This document shows positions 19,773-28,344 of a stretch of DNA of 64,000 bases, in pieces. The notes under the pieces were generated by a model. The model was given only the letters and a program-made list of their open reading frames with translations. It made no database searches and was not told where the DNA came from. The translations under genes were made by a program, and so were the position numbers. The stretch lies in NCBI GenBank assembly GCA_022360445.1, contig JAKSCV010000075.1:2988-66987 (forward strand), given 5' to 3'. The stretch's first letter is position 1; the number at the start of each line of letters is the position of its first letter. The DNA is from Gammaproteobacteria bacterium (GTDB taxonomy: Bacteria; Pseudomonadota; Gammaproteobacteria; UBA5861).

Positions 19773-21548
19773 TTAAGGTCGATTGTCGAACTGCTTCGCC
19801 TTGAGGGTGTAAAGAGCATCAAGCTTCTCTTGCACACTCAGCAGATCCGCCAGGTAAGCGTCCACTTTGGTTGCGTCGACACCATCCCCATCGGGAGAGC
19901 CTGCGGTCAAAGTGAAGTTGTTACTGCCATCGATCCCGGTCACTTGATCGCCATCAAGCTGAACGGGGCCAAAGCCGATCAGGCCATCAATGTCGTCGAA
20001 GTTGGTCTTGTCTATCACCGCTTTGCTGCCACCGTATTGCAGCGCCATCATGAACCCTTTCAGTTCACTCCACACATGGTAGTAAGCCTTAGTGGTTGCA
20101 TCAGGATCAGTGGCGGTACCATTTCTCAATTCGCTCAGCTGTTCGAATGATATACCGGCGTATTTGAATGCCGCTTCGGCGAATACCATTTCCCAGTTAT
20201 CACGAATGGTATCGGCCAAGGCTTTCAAGTCGGTACGTTCGGTATCGTTCAGCTTGCGCGCATTACCATCGGCATCAACGGCATTGGCAATAATGGTGCG
20301 CCCTTCAAGCCAGGCATCCAGGCTGTCATGGCCATAGGTACAGGCAGGAGCGCATCCAGTATCTTTGTCGAACGAGGCCGCATAGTAGGCGGGCCCGGAA
20401 TTGTACTCGGTGTAGAGGGAGACTGCACCATCGCCGTCAGCGTCGGCCAGCGCCAGCGCGTCTGCCTGGCTGATGTCCTTACCCATCTTGGCGATTTCGT
20501 AGTTTTCCTGAGCGGTATTGTCGCGATAATGGGCCGCGGCACCGAACCAGCCAAAGCCTTCATCCCAGGAGTGCTCCTTCCCGGTATAGTATTTGCCGTC
20601 TTTATAGGGCAAGTCATTGTCCTTGACGCCGGGCTCCAGATTTTCATCCAGGTAGTGATTGATTGATTCGTTATAGAAAACCGCACCCATCAGGAACTTG
20701 GGAAACAGTTGTGAGAAGTCGAAACCCAAATCTTCTCTGTAATAGTCTGGCGTACCATCGGTGTTGGCAGCGTGATCGGCTTCAAAGGCCGCGAGCCAGA
20801 TATCGATGACTTCCTTGGCGGATTTATCGCCGGGAAATCCCAGGGTGATGTTTTCATTGCCTGCCGTAACGCCCCGAATCGGTGTGGCATATCCGGTTGA
20901 GGTATCGAAGAGCTTGCCATAGAGGTTTTTTTCAGTACCCAGCTCGTTGTAAATGGTCTCCTTGACGATGAACTCATTCTTGGTAGTCGGCGCGACGATC
21001 ATTGTGTCATCAATGACGTTGTTTTCGTTCTTGATGTAATTCACGACACCCTGTGCGTCAGCTACGGAGGCTGCCGCTTTGATGGAGGCCTTGGCCGAAT
21101 CGCGTAGTACTGCCCGTGTCATCTGGCCAGCGTAAGATACTGAGGAATCCTGATCCGTATCCGCGCTGGTTGCGGCTGGGTCCAAAGTGACGGGAAAGCC
21201 AGCATAGGTCGTTGGCTGGGTCACGTCAGTCGCCGTCACATCGACAGAGCTGTCAGCGGAATCACCATCTTTGCTGCAGGTGATCACGAATGTCGAATCC
21301 TTACGCAGACGCATGGTTTCCTCACTGCCTGAGGCTCCCTTGTTGCCACTCCAGTCGCCAGATGCGGTACATGTATCGGCGTTTTCCGAAGACCAGGTCA
21401 GGGTAACTTTGCTGCCACGCACAACGCTGTTTGACGAGCTGTCGAGTGTTGCTGTCGGGCTATCGTTATCATCGTCACTACAGCCGGCAGCCAGCAACGC
21501 AATTGAAAGCACAGTCATTGCAAGGCCGGTTTTTGATCGGTAATCCAT
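19773..21548 (-). CDS. Large surface/periplasmic lipoprotein with an N-terminal Ig-like region and a C-terminal domain resembling DUF4856-type proteins that accompany imelysins
   Basis: The true start is probably the ATG at 21548 (MDYRSKTGLAMTVLSIALLAAGCSD, lipobox LAAGC, AGGAG SD); the track ORF extends 39 codons further. The protein is 591 aa and acidic. It is divergently arranged with the imelysin gene across a Fur-box-containing intergenic region. Confidence 0.6.
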   Translation of the reverse strand: MDYRSKTGLAMTVLSIALLAAGCSDDDNDSPTATLDSSSNSVVRGSKVTLTWSSENADTCTASGDWSGNKGASGSEETMRLRKDSTFVITCSKDGDSADSSVDVTATDVTQPTTYAGFPVTLDPAATSADTDQDSSVSYAGQMTRAVLRDSAKASIKAAASVADAQGVVNYIKNENNVIDDTMIVAPTTKNEFIVKETIYNELGTEKNLYGKLFDTSTGYATPIRGVTAGNENITLGFPGDKSAKEVIDIWLAAFEADHAANTDGTPDYYREDLGFDFSQLFPKFLMGAVFYNESINHYLDENLEPGVKDNDLPYKDGKYYTGKEHSWDEGFGWFGAAAHYRDNTAQENYEIAKMGKDISQADALALADADGDGAVSLYTEYNSGPAYYAASFDKDTGCAPACTYGHDSLDAWLEGRTIIANAVDADGNARKLNDTERTDLKALADTIRDNWEMVFAEAAFKYAGISFEQLSELRNGTATDPDATTKAYYHVWSELKGFMMALQYGGSKAVIDKTNFDDIDGLIGFGPVQLDGDQVTGIDGSNNFTLTAGSPDGDGVDATKVDAYLADLLSVQEKLDALYTLKAKQFDNRP

Positions 21549-21635
21549 TATTTTCTCCTGAATTTTACCTAAGAATTTATCGCTGTGGTCGGCCAGTGCC
21601 ACTAACCACAGCAAGCTCATCGCACCATGCATATA

Positions 21636-21680
21636 AATACAAATCACAATCATTTGCAAGCACAATATTATTTACATGAA
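21636..21680. promoter_or_regulatory. Candidate Fur box in the divergent promoter region between the lipoprotein and imelysin genes
   Basis: AAATACAAATCACAATCATTTGCAAGCACAATATTATTTAC resembles the 19-bp Fur consensus GATAATGATAATCATTATC (core AATCACAATCATT). Confidence 0.45.
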
Positions 21681-21779
21681 CTGTTATGAACCATATAATA
21701 TCTATCGTTCAATTTCTTGCCGGTGATAAAGCTCGTCGGTATATCGAAATAATTTCCGATGCCTGCATGGGGGTAACGA

Positions 21780-23009
21780 GTGTTGAAAGGTAGTCAGACA
21801 CATATAAGAGGGGTGCGAATAGCCTCGGCCTGCTTGTCGTTGGTCCTCGTTCTTGGTCTCACGGCTTGCGGAGGGGGCAGCTCATCTGGGGGCGATAACA
21901 ACGAACCACCTGCTAATAGCGGGATCGATCAGCGTGCCCTGTTGACGAATTATGCCAGCATCATGCGCCAGGGTTTTGCAGCGCTTGGTGGCAGTGTTGA
22001 TGCGCTTGAGACTTCGGTGATTACCTACTGTGATTCTCTGGGATCCGCTGGAGAACCGGCTGCACGCACCGCTGCACAGGACGCATTCAAGAGTGCGATG
22101 AACGACGTCCAGTATTCCTTGCTCCATAGTGTGGGGCCATCCCTGGAGGACGATCGGATGGTGCAGTTGTACTCCTGGCCGTTAACCAGTAGTTGTCAGA
22201 TCGACCTCAAGCTTGCAAGAAACCTGACCGAACTGAATCTCGCGGTGAACATACGTGGTCTGGATGCCCTGGAATATCTGTTATTTGTCGACCCGGCTGC
22301 AAATCATAGTTGCCCCGCTAGTCTCATCCCCAGCCCACCCGATCTGCTCGATAATTTCGATGCCCTGAGCGCCGACCAGAAGCAGGCGCGGCGTTGTGAC
22401 TTTATGCGCAACGTGGTGGACGATGCTGCGGCATCTGCACAAATTCTGGCGGATGCCTGGGATCCTGCTATTGATGACTACGGAACCACACTGATTAACG
22501 CGGTAAATCCAGCCGAGGCACTGAATGAAGTGACCGACGCCATGTTCTACTTTGAGGAGCTGGTCAAGGAGAACAAGCTTGATCAGCCGCTAGGCGGCCT
22601 CCTTACCAATATCACACCGAGTTGTGGTGCGTGGCAGCCCTGCCCGCAAGATGTGGAGTCACCACACGCCCGTATTTCAAAGGAAAATCTGCGTGTCAAT
22701 ATGATTGCTTTTCAGGAGCTTTATCATGGTGGTGCACCCGATGATACGGATGCGCTTGGTCTGGACGATTGGCTGATCGAAGAGGGAGAGACAGCGCTGG
22801 CAACGAATTTTGGGGATAACATCCAAGCCGTTATCGATGGTCTGGATAACCTCAATGGCACCTTGTATGACGCGATAAGCAACGATCTCGATGCGCTCAA
22901 TGCACTGCTGACGGGTCCGGTGCAGGATGTCAGCATACCGCTGCGTGAAAGTATCCTGCAAGTGCTCGGTCTGAGCCTGCCTCAAGGGTCCGCATCAGAT
23001 ACGGATTGA
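21780..23009 (+). CDS. Imelysin-family lipoprotein (peptidase M75 / IrpA-like, iron-regulated)
   Basis: The 409-aa ORF has a lipoprotein signal (LVLVLGLTACGG). Its imelysin fold pattern includes the LDALEYLLF motif region and a second conserved Cys/His-rich segment. Confidence 0.7.
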   Translation: MLKGSQTHIRGVRIASACLSLVLVLGLTACGGGSSSGGDNNEPPANSGIDQRALLTNYASIMRQGFAALGGSVDALETSVITYCDSLGSAGEPAARTAAQDAFKSAMNDVQYSLLHSVGPSLEDDRMVQLYSWPLTSSCQIDLKLARNLTELNLAVNIRGLDALEYLLFVDPAANHSCPASLIPSPPDLLDNFDALSADQKQARRCDFMRNVVDDAAASAQILADAWDPAIDDYGTTLINAVNPAEALNEVTDAMFYFEELVKENKLDQPLGGLLTNITPSCGAWQPCPQDVESPHARISKENLRVNMIAFQELYHGGAPDDTDALGLDDWLIEEGETALATNFGDNIQAVIDGLDNLNGTLYDAISNDLDALNALLTGPVQDVSIPLRESILQVLGLSLPQGSASDTD

Positions 23010-23158
23010 TACAGTCGGGTGTTACACACAGCTAGAGCACAGACAGCCAGGCTGACAGGCCACGCCGGCCAGCACTTGGTGCAGCAACGGAATGGATATT
23101 GCCCTGCATGCACTGAAGAGGCAGTGCTCGTCTGCGCCGGCACAGGAGTGCCGCGCAG

Positions 23159-24262
23159 ATGAATCTCGGGATTACCAGACGGGGATTTCTAGGGGTGCTT
23201 TGTGCCCTTCCGCTCTTGCCATTACAGGCCAGCGCGTCACGCCAGCGTGGACAGGTATTCGTCAATGGCCATATCGACCGCAACAACACGCACCATATCA
23301 GCGGTTTTGATAGCAACGGCACGGAGTTTTTTCGCCATGCGCTGCCGGATAAGGCCCATGGATTCGCGGTCAATCCCTCGCATCCGGGCCAGATAGCCGC
23401 GTTACCCAGTTTGCCAGGCACCCAGGCGCCGGTGTTCGATCTCAACAGCGGTCAACAGATCGCCCTGATGACCAGCCGTCCGGGTAGACATTTCAATGGT
23501 CATGGCTGTTTCAGTCACGATGGCCGTTATCTGTATACCAGTGAAAATATCGCGGCCAATGCACAAGGCGTGATCGGTGTGCGCGACGGCCGGACATTCC
23601 GTCTGCTGCGTGAATTGCCCGGGCACGGTATTGGTCCGCATGATATTCGTATTCTTCCGGATGACCGGACTCTGGTCGTGGCCAGCGGTGGCATCCAGAC
23701 TCATCCTGACAGTGGCAAACGCGAACTCAATATCAATACGATGCAATCGGCGCTGCTGTATATCGACAGTCGTGACGGCCGTCTGCTGGCACGGCATCAG
23801 CTACCGGTCGATCAATTATCCATCCGTCACTTCGACGTTGGCAGTGATGGGACGGTGCTGGTTGCCTGCCAGTACAAAGGCAACAGCAAACTACCGGCAC
23901 TTGTCGGGGTTCAGCGCGGTGCTACAGGGATCGAAATGCTGGAAATCGACGATGATGACCTTTGGCCTCTGAAACAATACTGCGCCGACGCGAGGATCGC
24001 CGGTAATGGTGTCGGTGCCGTCAGTTGTCCGCGCGGTAATCGCCTGACACTTTGGAACCTCACGGAAAAACGCTTCATCAAGGCGATAGAGATCAAGGAT
24101 GTCGGAGGGCTGGAAGTCAGCCTCGGTGGAAATGCATTCATTGCCAGTGCCAATACCGGCGAGCTGTATCGAATTGACGCCACCAGCCTGACAAGCCGCC
24201 GGATCGGCACGACCTGGAACGGCGCCAAATGGACGAACCACATGGTGAGCAGCGATGTCTGA
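23159..24262 (+). CDS. DUF1513-family periplasmic beta-propeller-like protein with a Tat signal
   Basis: The 367-aa ORF has a twin-arginine motif (RRGFLGVL), and its sequence is colinear with the second DUF1513 gene at 41511-42638 (GVIGVWD/GVIGVRD, GIGPHE/GIGPHD, GGIQTHPD). Confidence 0.7.
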   Translation: MNLGITRRGFLGVLCALPLLPLQASASRQRGQVFVNGHIDRNNTHHISGFDSNGTEFFRHALPDKAHGFAVNPSHPGQIAALPSLPGTQAPVFDLNSGQQIALMTSRPGRHFNGHGCFSHDGRYLYTSENIAANAQGVIGVRDGRTFRLLRELPGHGIGPHDIRILPDDRTLVVASGGIQTHPDSGKRELNINTMQSALLYIDSRDGRLLARHQLPVDQLSIRHFDVGSDGTVLVACQYKGNSKLPALVGVQRGATGIEMLEIDDDDLWPLKQYCADARIAGNGVGAVSCPRGNRLTLWNLTEKRFIKAIEIKDVGGLEVSLGGNAFIASANTGELYRIDATSLTSRRIGTTWNGAKWTNHMVSSDV

Positions 24263-24364
24263 GCAGCGCTTTGTGTCTGCGATGTCTGACAGACTGAAAC
24301 CGCGTTGAGTATCCCGGTTGCCGGAAAGTTGCAACCGATCACCTATAAGTAACCGGAGAATTCT

Positions 24365-26701
24365 TTGTTCTTGCAAGAGTGGTTTAATCGCGATGCCCGA
24401 TCCAACGGGCAGATTGTTGAATGTCAGCCCGAAGCGTATCGGCAACCCCATCGACGGGTATCGCCCCGAATAGCCGCCAGAGCGCCATTGCACTGGGTGG
24501 AAATCTGCCTCATTGCCCAACTTTTCAGCAGTTCGTTACGGGCGGAGACTGGGGCGGAAACTGAGGAAATCATCAAGCTGGACGCCGTCGTTATCACCGG
24601 TGATGCCGAAACCCGTCAACGCACGCCAGGGTCGGTACATAAAATAGACCAGCAGGCGTTAGAGCAGTGGAAACACACCGATATCCATCGGGTGCTCGAG
24701 GAAGTGCCGGGTGTTTATGTTCGCGGTGAAGACGGCTGGGGATTACGGCCGAACATCGGCATGCGTGGCGCAGGCTCCGACCGCAGTAAAAAAATTGCTC
24801 TGATGGAAGACGGCATATTGTTTGCGCCGGCTCCATACTCCGCGCCCGCAGCCTACTACTTCCCTTTAATGCCAAGAATGCAGTCCGTCGAGGTGTTTAA
24901 AGGACCGGCAGCGATTCAGTACGGCCCCAACACCGTGGGTGGCGCCATCAATTTTGTCAGCCGCGATATTCCTGGCAGCGAGGAAGATGAAGAAGACTTG
25001 AATGGTGCGATTGACCTAGCGCTGGGCAATTACGCTTACGGTAAACTACACGGGTATTATGGCGAGAGCACCGACCGTTACGGCTGGCTGCTCGAAGGCG
25101 TGCATCTGCAAAGTGATGGTTTTAAGGAACTCGATGGCGGCGGAGATACGGGTTTCGACAAAAACGACATTCTGTTCAAAGCCCGTTTTAACAGCGATTT
25201 TTCCGCTGATATCTACCATCAGTTTGACCTGAAAATTGGTTACGCCGATGAGGAATCCGATGAAACCTACCTTGGATTGACAGACGACGATTTTGACGCC
25301 AACCCGCTGCGCCGCTATGCCGCCAGCCAGCTGGACAACATGAGCTGGGACCACCAGCAATACAGTCTTAATCATTACATGGACCCAGGTGGCAGCTATG
25401 CGTTGAACACGACGATCTATCGCCGTGAATTCTCCCGTGTTTGGGACAAACTGAATGGCTTTAGTGGGGGCGCGCCCGATCTGCAGGAAATTCTCAGTGA
25501 CCCCTATTCGCCGGTTAACTCGATATTTTATGAGGTGTTGACCGGTCAGTCCGATTCACTAACGCCCACCGAAACCTTATTGATGGGCGCCAACGCACGT
25601 GACTTTATCGCCCAGGGTATTCAAACTCAGATTGAGTGGGAACCTGAAATCGCTGGCTACGTCCACGAGATCAGGGCCGGGCTGCGCTATCACGAAGATG
25701 AAATTATCCGTAACCACTCTGAACGTGGTTTTTTAATGCAATCAGGCGAAATGGTGCACGATGGCAACCCGACACGATTCACCACACGCAACCGTGCCAG
25801 TGCCGAGGCTCTGGCACTCCATCTGCACGACGACGTGACCTTCGGCGACCTGACGCTGAGTGGCGGTGTGCGCGCTGAACTGATTGAGACTGATTTCATT
25901 AACCGGTTGACCGGAGATCTGATTTCCCGCAGCGACGATGTGATCATTCCTGGCCTCGGAATAAGCTACAAAACGACCCCAAACCTGCGTTTGCTTGCGG
26001 GTGTGCACAAAGGTTTTGTTCCAGTGCCACCGGGCAGCGATCCGGAGGTTGAACCCGAAGAGAGCATTAACTACGAATTCGGCTTACGTTTCTCCAGCGG
26101 TGATCTGCGTGCTGAAGCGATCGGCTTTTTCAATGACTACTCCAACCTGACCGGCGTTTGCACATTCTCCTCTGGCTGTGCCACCAGTGAACTTGACCTC
26201 GGATTCAACGCCGGAGAAGTGGATATTTGGGGCCTGGAAGCGGTGCTGGAGAAAACCTTTGCCAGCAGCATCCAGGGCCGGCTTGAATTCCCGGTCAAAC
26301 TCATCTACACCTGGACCACGAGTGAATTTAAAAATGCCTTCACATCACCCCGTCCGGATCTACGTGATGTCAACGTCGGAGATGAACTGCCGTACCTGCC
26401 TGAGCACCAGTTGACCTTAAAAGCGGGTGTTTCCCGCCACCAGTGGCGCGGCGCGGTTGCGTTCACATATGTCGCCGAGATGCGGACCAGTGCCGGTACC
26501 GGTGAGCCAGCGGATAACGAGCGCACGGACCAACAAACCATTGTCGATCTAACCCTGGATTACCAACTCACTAACCGCAGCCAGATTTATTTCAGCGCAG
26601 ATAACCTGTTCGACGACGAGGCAATTGTCGCGCGGCGGCCGTTTGGTGCGCGACCGGGAAAACCACGAACTCTCAGCATGGGTTATAAAATGAACTTCTA
26701 A
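24365..26701 (+). CDS. TonB-dependent outer-membrane receptor; the exact start and signal peptide are uncertain
   Basis: The 778-aa ORF has a plug domain (VYVRGEDGWGLRPNIGMRGAG), a beta-barrel and a C-terminal ...TLSMGYKMNF ending in Phe. The N-terminus as called lacks a convincing signal peptide. Confidence 0.8.
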   Translation: MFLQEWFNRDARSNGQIVECQPEAYRQPHRRVSPRIAARAPLHWVEICLIAQLFSSSLRAETGAETEEIIKLDAVVITGDAETRQRTPGSVHKIDQQALEQWKHTDIHRVLEEVPGVYVRGEDGWGLRPNIGMRGAGSDRSKKIALMEDGILFAPAPYSAPAAYYFPLMPRMQSVEVFKGPAAIQYGPNTVGGAINFVSRDIPGSEEDEEDLNGAIDLALGNYAYGKLHGYYGESTDRYGWLLEGVHLQSDGFKELDGGGDTGFDKNDILFKARFNSDFSADIYHQFDLKIGYADEESDETYLGLTDDDFDANPLRRYAASQLDNMSWDHQQYSLNHYMDPGGSYALNTTIYRREFSRVWDKLNGFSGGAPDLQEILSDPYSPVNSIFYEVLTGQSDSLTPTETLLMGANARDFIAQGIQTQIEWEPEIAGYVHEIRAGLRYHEDEIIRNHSERGFLMQSGEMVHDGNPTRFTTRNRASAEALALHLHDDVTFGDLTLSGGVRAELIETDFINRLTGDLISRSDDVIIPGLGISYKTTPNLRLLAGVHKGFVPVPPGSDPEVEPEESINYEFGLRFSSGDLRAEAIGFFNDYSNLTGVCTFSSGCATSELDLGFNAGEVDIWGLEAVLEKTFASSIQGRLEFPVKLIYTWTTSEFKNAFTSPRPDLRDVNVGDELPYLPEHQLTLKAGVSRHQWRGAVAFTYVAEMRTSAGTGEPADNERTDQQTIVDLTLDYQLTNRSQIYFSADNLFDDEAIVARRPFGARPGKPRTLSMGYKMNF

Positions 26702-26862
26702 GGAATCTCTGATTAATTCTGGACGAATTAGATTGTGATTCAAAATATTCAGATTCAAGGCGAAAATCGCACGTAATAGCGAGCTATTGTGAAGATTTGC
26801 AACGAAGAAGCGGGATGTTTTGGGTGCAAGATAAGAGTTCATGAATTGATCAGAGGTTCCCT
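26702..26862. repeat. MITE-like element: about 161 bp bounded by imperfect inverted repeats GGAATCTCTGATTAATTC ... GAATTGATCAGAGGTTCCC
   Basis: The inverted repeats are at 26702-26719 and 26844-26862. The same core (GGAACCTCTGATTAA / TTAATCAGAGGTTCC) recurs at 15975-15990 and 46919-46934, each time just after a gene end. Confidence 0.5.
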
Positions 26863-27408
26863 AATCAAAAGCGGTGGGCAGAAGCGCGGAGTAAAATCCG
26901 CACCGCATACAGCTAAAACGTGACTACGTGTTGATGATGACATCCGGCACACCGCACCCGCAGGAATCCGTGCTCCTACCGCCCGAATTTGAGGTGATCC
27001 GCAAATTCCTGTTGCTCATTCTGTGGTCAGAACCTGCCCTGCATCGCCATCACATGCTCGGACTCCGGTAATGCCGTTTGCTGATTTGACGGAGACCGGT
27101 TTTTGCTGGTGCAAAACCCGCATACGACCATCCATGGCAATTGGAGTGCTTGTCCCTGTTGTTGACGTTTATATGGTGGGCTTTGTGGCGACCGGTCGAT
27201 GATCGCGGCCTGAGGCATATCGGCCCCCATTCCATGGAGCGCCAGACATTCTCGTATTCTCAGCAAATCCTCTTTCGCACGACCCCTCCCGGTAACCATG
27301 GCAGGTCGGCGCGAACGGGGTGGCTGGCTGCGCACCCTGCAGGGTGCCCCGGCTGCTGATTCGCGTGAAGCAGGCAATCAACAGTCGGGGGAGCTTAAGG
27401 CCTCATGG

Positions 27409-27840
27409 TTATTTCACCTGGGCCATGTAGTTTTGCAAGCGGTCCTTGTTCATCGCGAATTGTGCGTTGAGTTCGGTGGTCGCCTTGATCGCAGCATCCT
27501 TGTTAACAGCTTTGCCGACCTGAATAACACCCACCATCGCCAGGGCAGTATGCGGAACACATTTGTACACATAGACACCCTCGGCATCTAACTTGATGCT
27601 AACGTCGTTGTTCAGTTCACCACTCCAGGCTTGGCCTCCAGCAGGCGTATGATGCGAAACCCTGTTGTGGGCTGGGTCAACAGATTTGAGGTGACGGTAT
27701 CCCCCGGTACGACGTTCAGGTAACCAGGCTCAAACACCATCATGCCGTCGGCACCATTGTTCAGCATTTTTACCACATGATCTGCAGCGAATACCTGACT
27801 GCCAGGCAACAACAGCAGCCGCGCGGAAAGATTGATAAAA
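27409..27840 (-). pseudogene. Pseudoazurin (type-1 blue copper protein) pseudogene: no usable start codon and an internal frameshift
   Basis: The minus strand encodes ..SARLLLLPGSQVFAADHVVKMLNNGADGMMVFEPGYLNVVPGDTVT. In another frame it continues KSVDPAHN...GVYVYKCVPHTALAMVGVIQVGKAVN..., giving copper ligands C/H/M in a pseudoazurin-like arrangement. An in-frame TAA lies immediately upstream of the signal-peptide region, and there is a frame break near 27688. Confidence 0.65.
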
Positions 27841-28344
27841 CTCTTTTTTTATTGAGTTCTTCTTGTAGAGATAGCTGATAAAAAGGGTTAAAAAATTGAG
27901 ATGCCAGGCGCGATACAATCGTTGCCGGTAACTTCAGCCGGTCATCCCACCATCTGGCAACGGTAACGCGTGAGACCTCCGACTTCCCTGCATCACACCG
28001 ACGGGTGAAACAGCAGCGAGAAAAGTGGATGAATGCAGGATGTGGCGGAAGCCTGTTTCCCTGGTAAGTAGCAAATCTGTTCGCCAAATTCATTCTCGGT
28101 ATCCAGCACACACCATCTCGCGTCAAGGCCAGGATCGCCAACCACTATCCTGCCTTCAACGCTAATCCCGGTAATGTTGGCTTCACCCTCCTGTGTCATT
28201 GCAGAACCTGGAAATGTCAGAGGATCTGACAAATTTATGTTTTCCAGATCAAATAACCCACGGTAACGTAGAGATGGGCAAGACCGACCTTGCCCTCCTC
28301 CGATGTTAGAACGGACGGCTTTCTTTTATGGATAGCAGCCGCTA

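Noticed and set aside
20249-20977. 145-aa and 95-aa Pro/Arg/Thr-rich minus-strand ORFs inside the large lipoprotein gene
   Set aside because: They are alternative-frame translations of a GC-rich coding region with compositional bias and no start context.
27027-27381. 116-aa and 70-aa minus-strand ORFs (Arg/Pro/Gln-rich) between the receptor and pseudoazurin
   Set aside because: They are GC-rich open frames without recognisable motifs or ribosome-binding sites. The region appears to be degraded DNA, so they are kept only as part of the decay observation.
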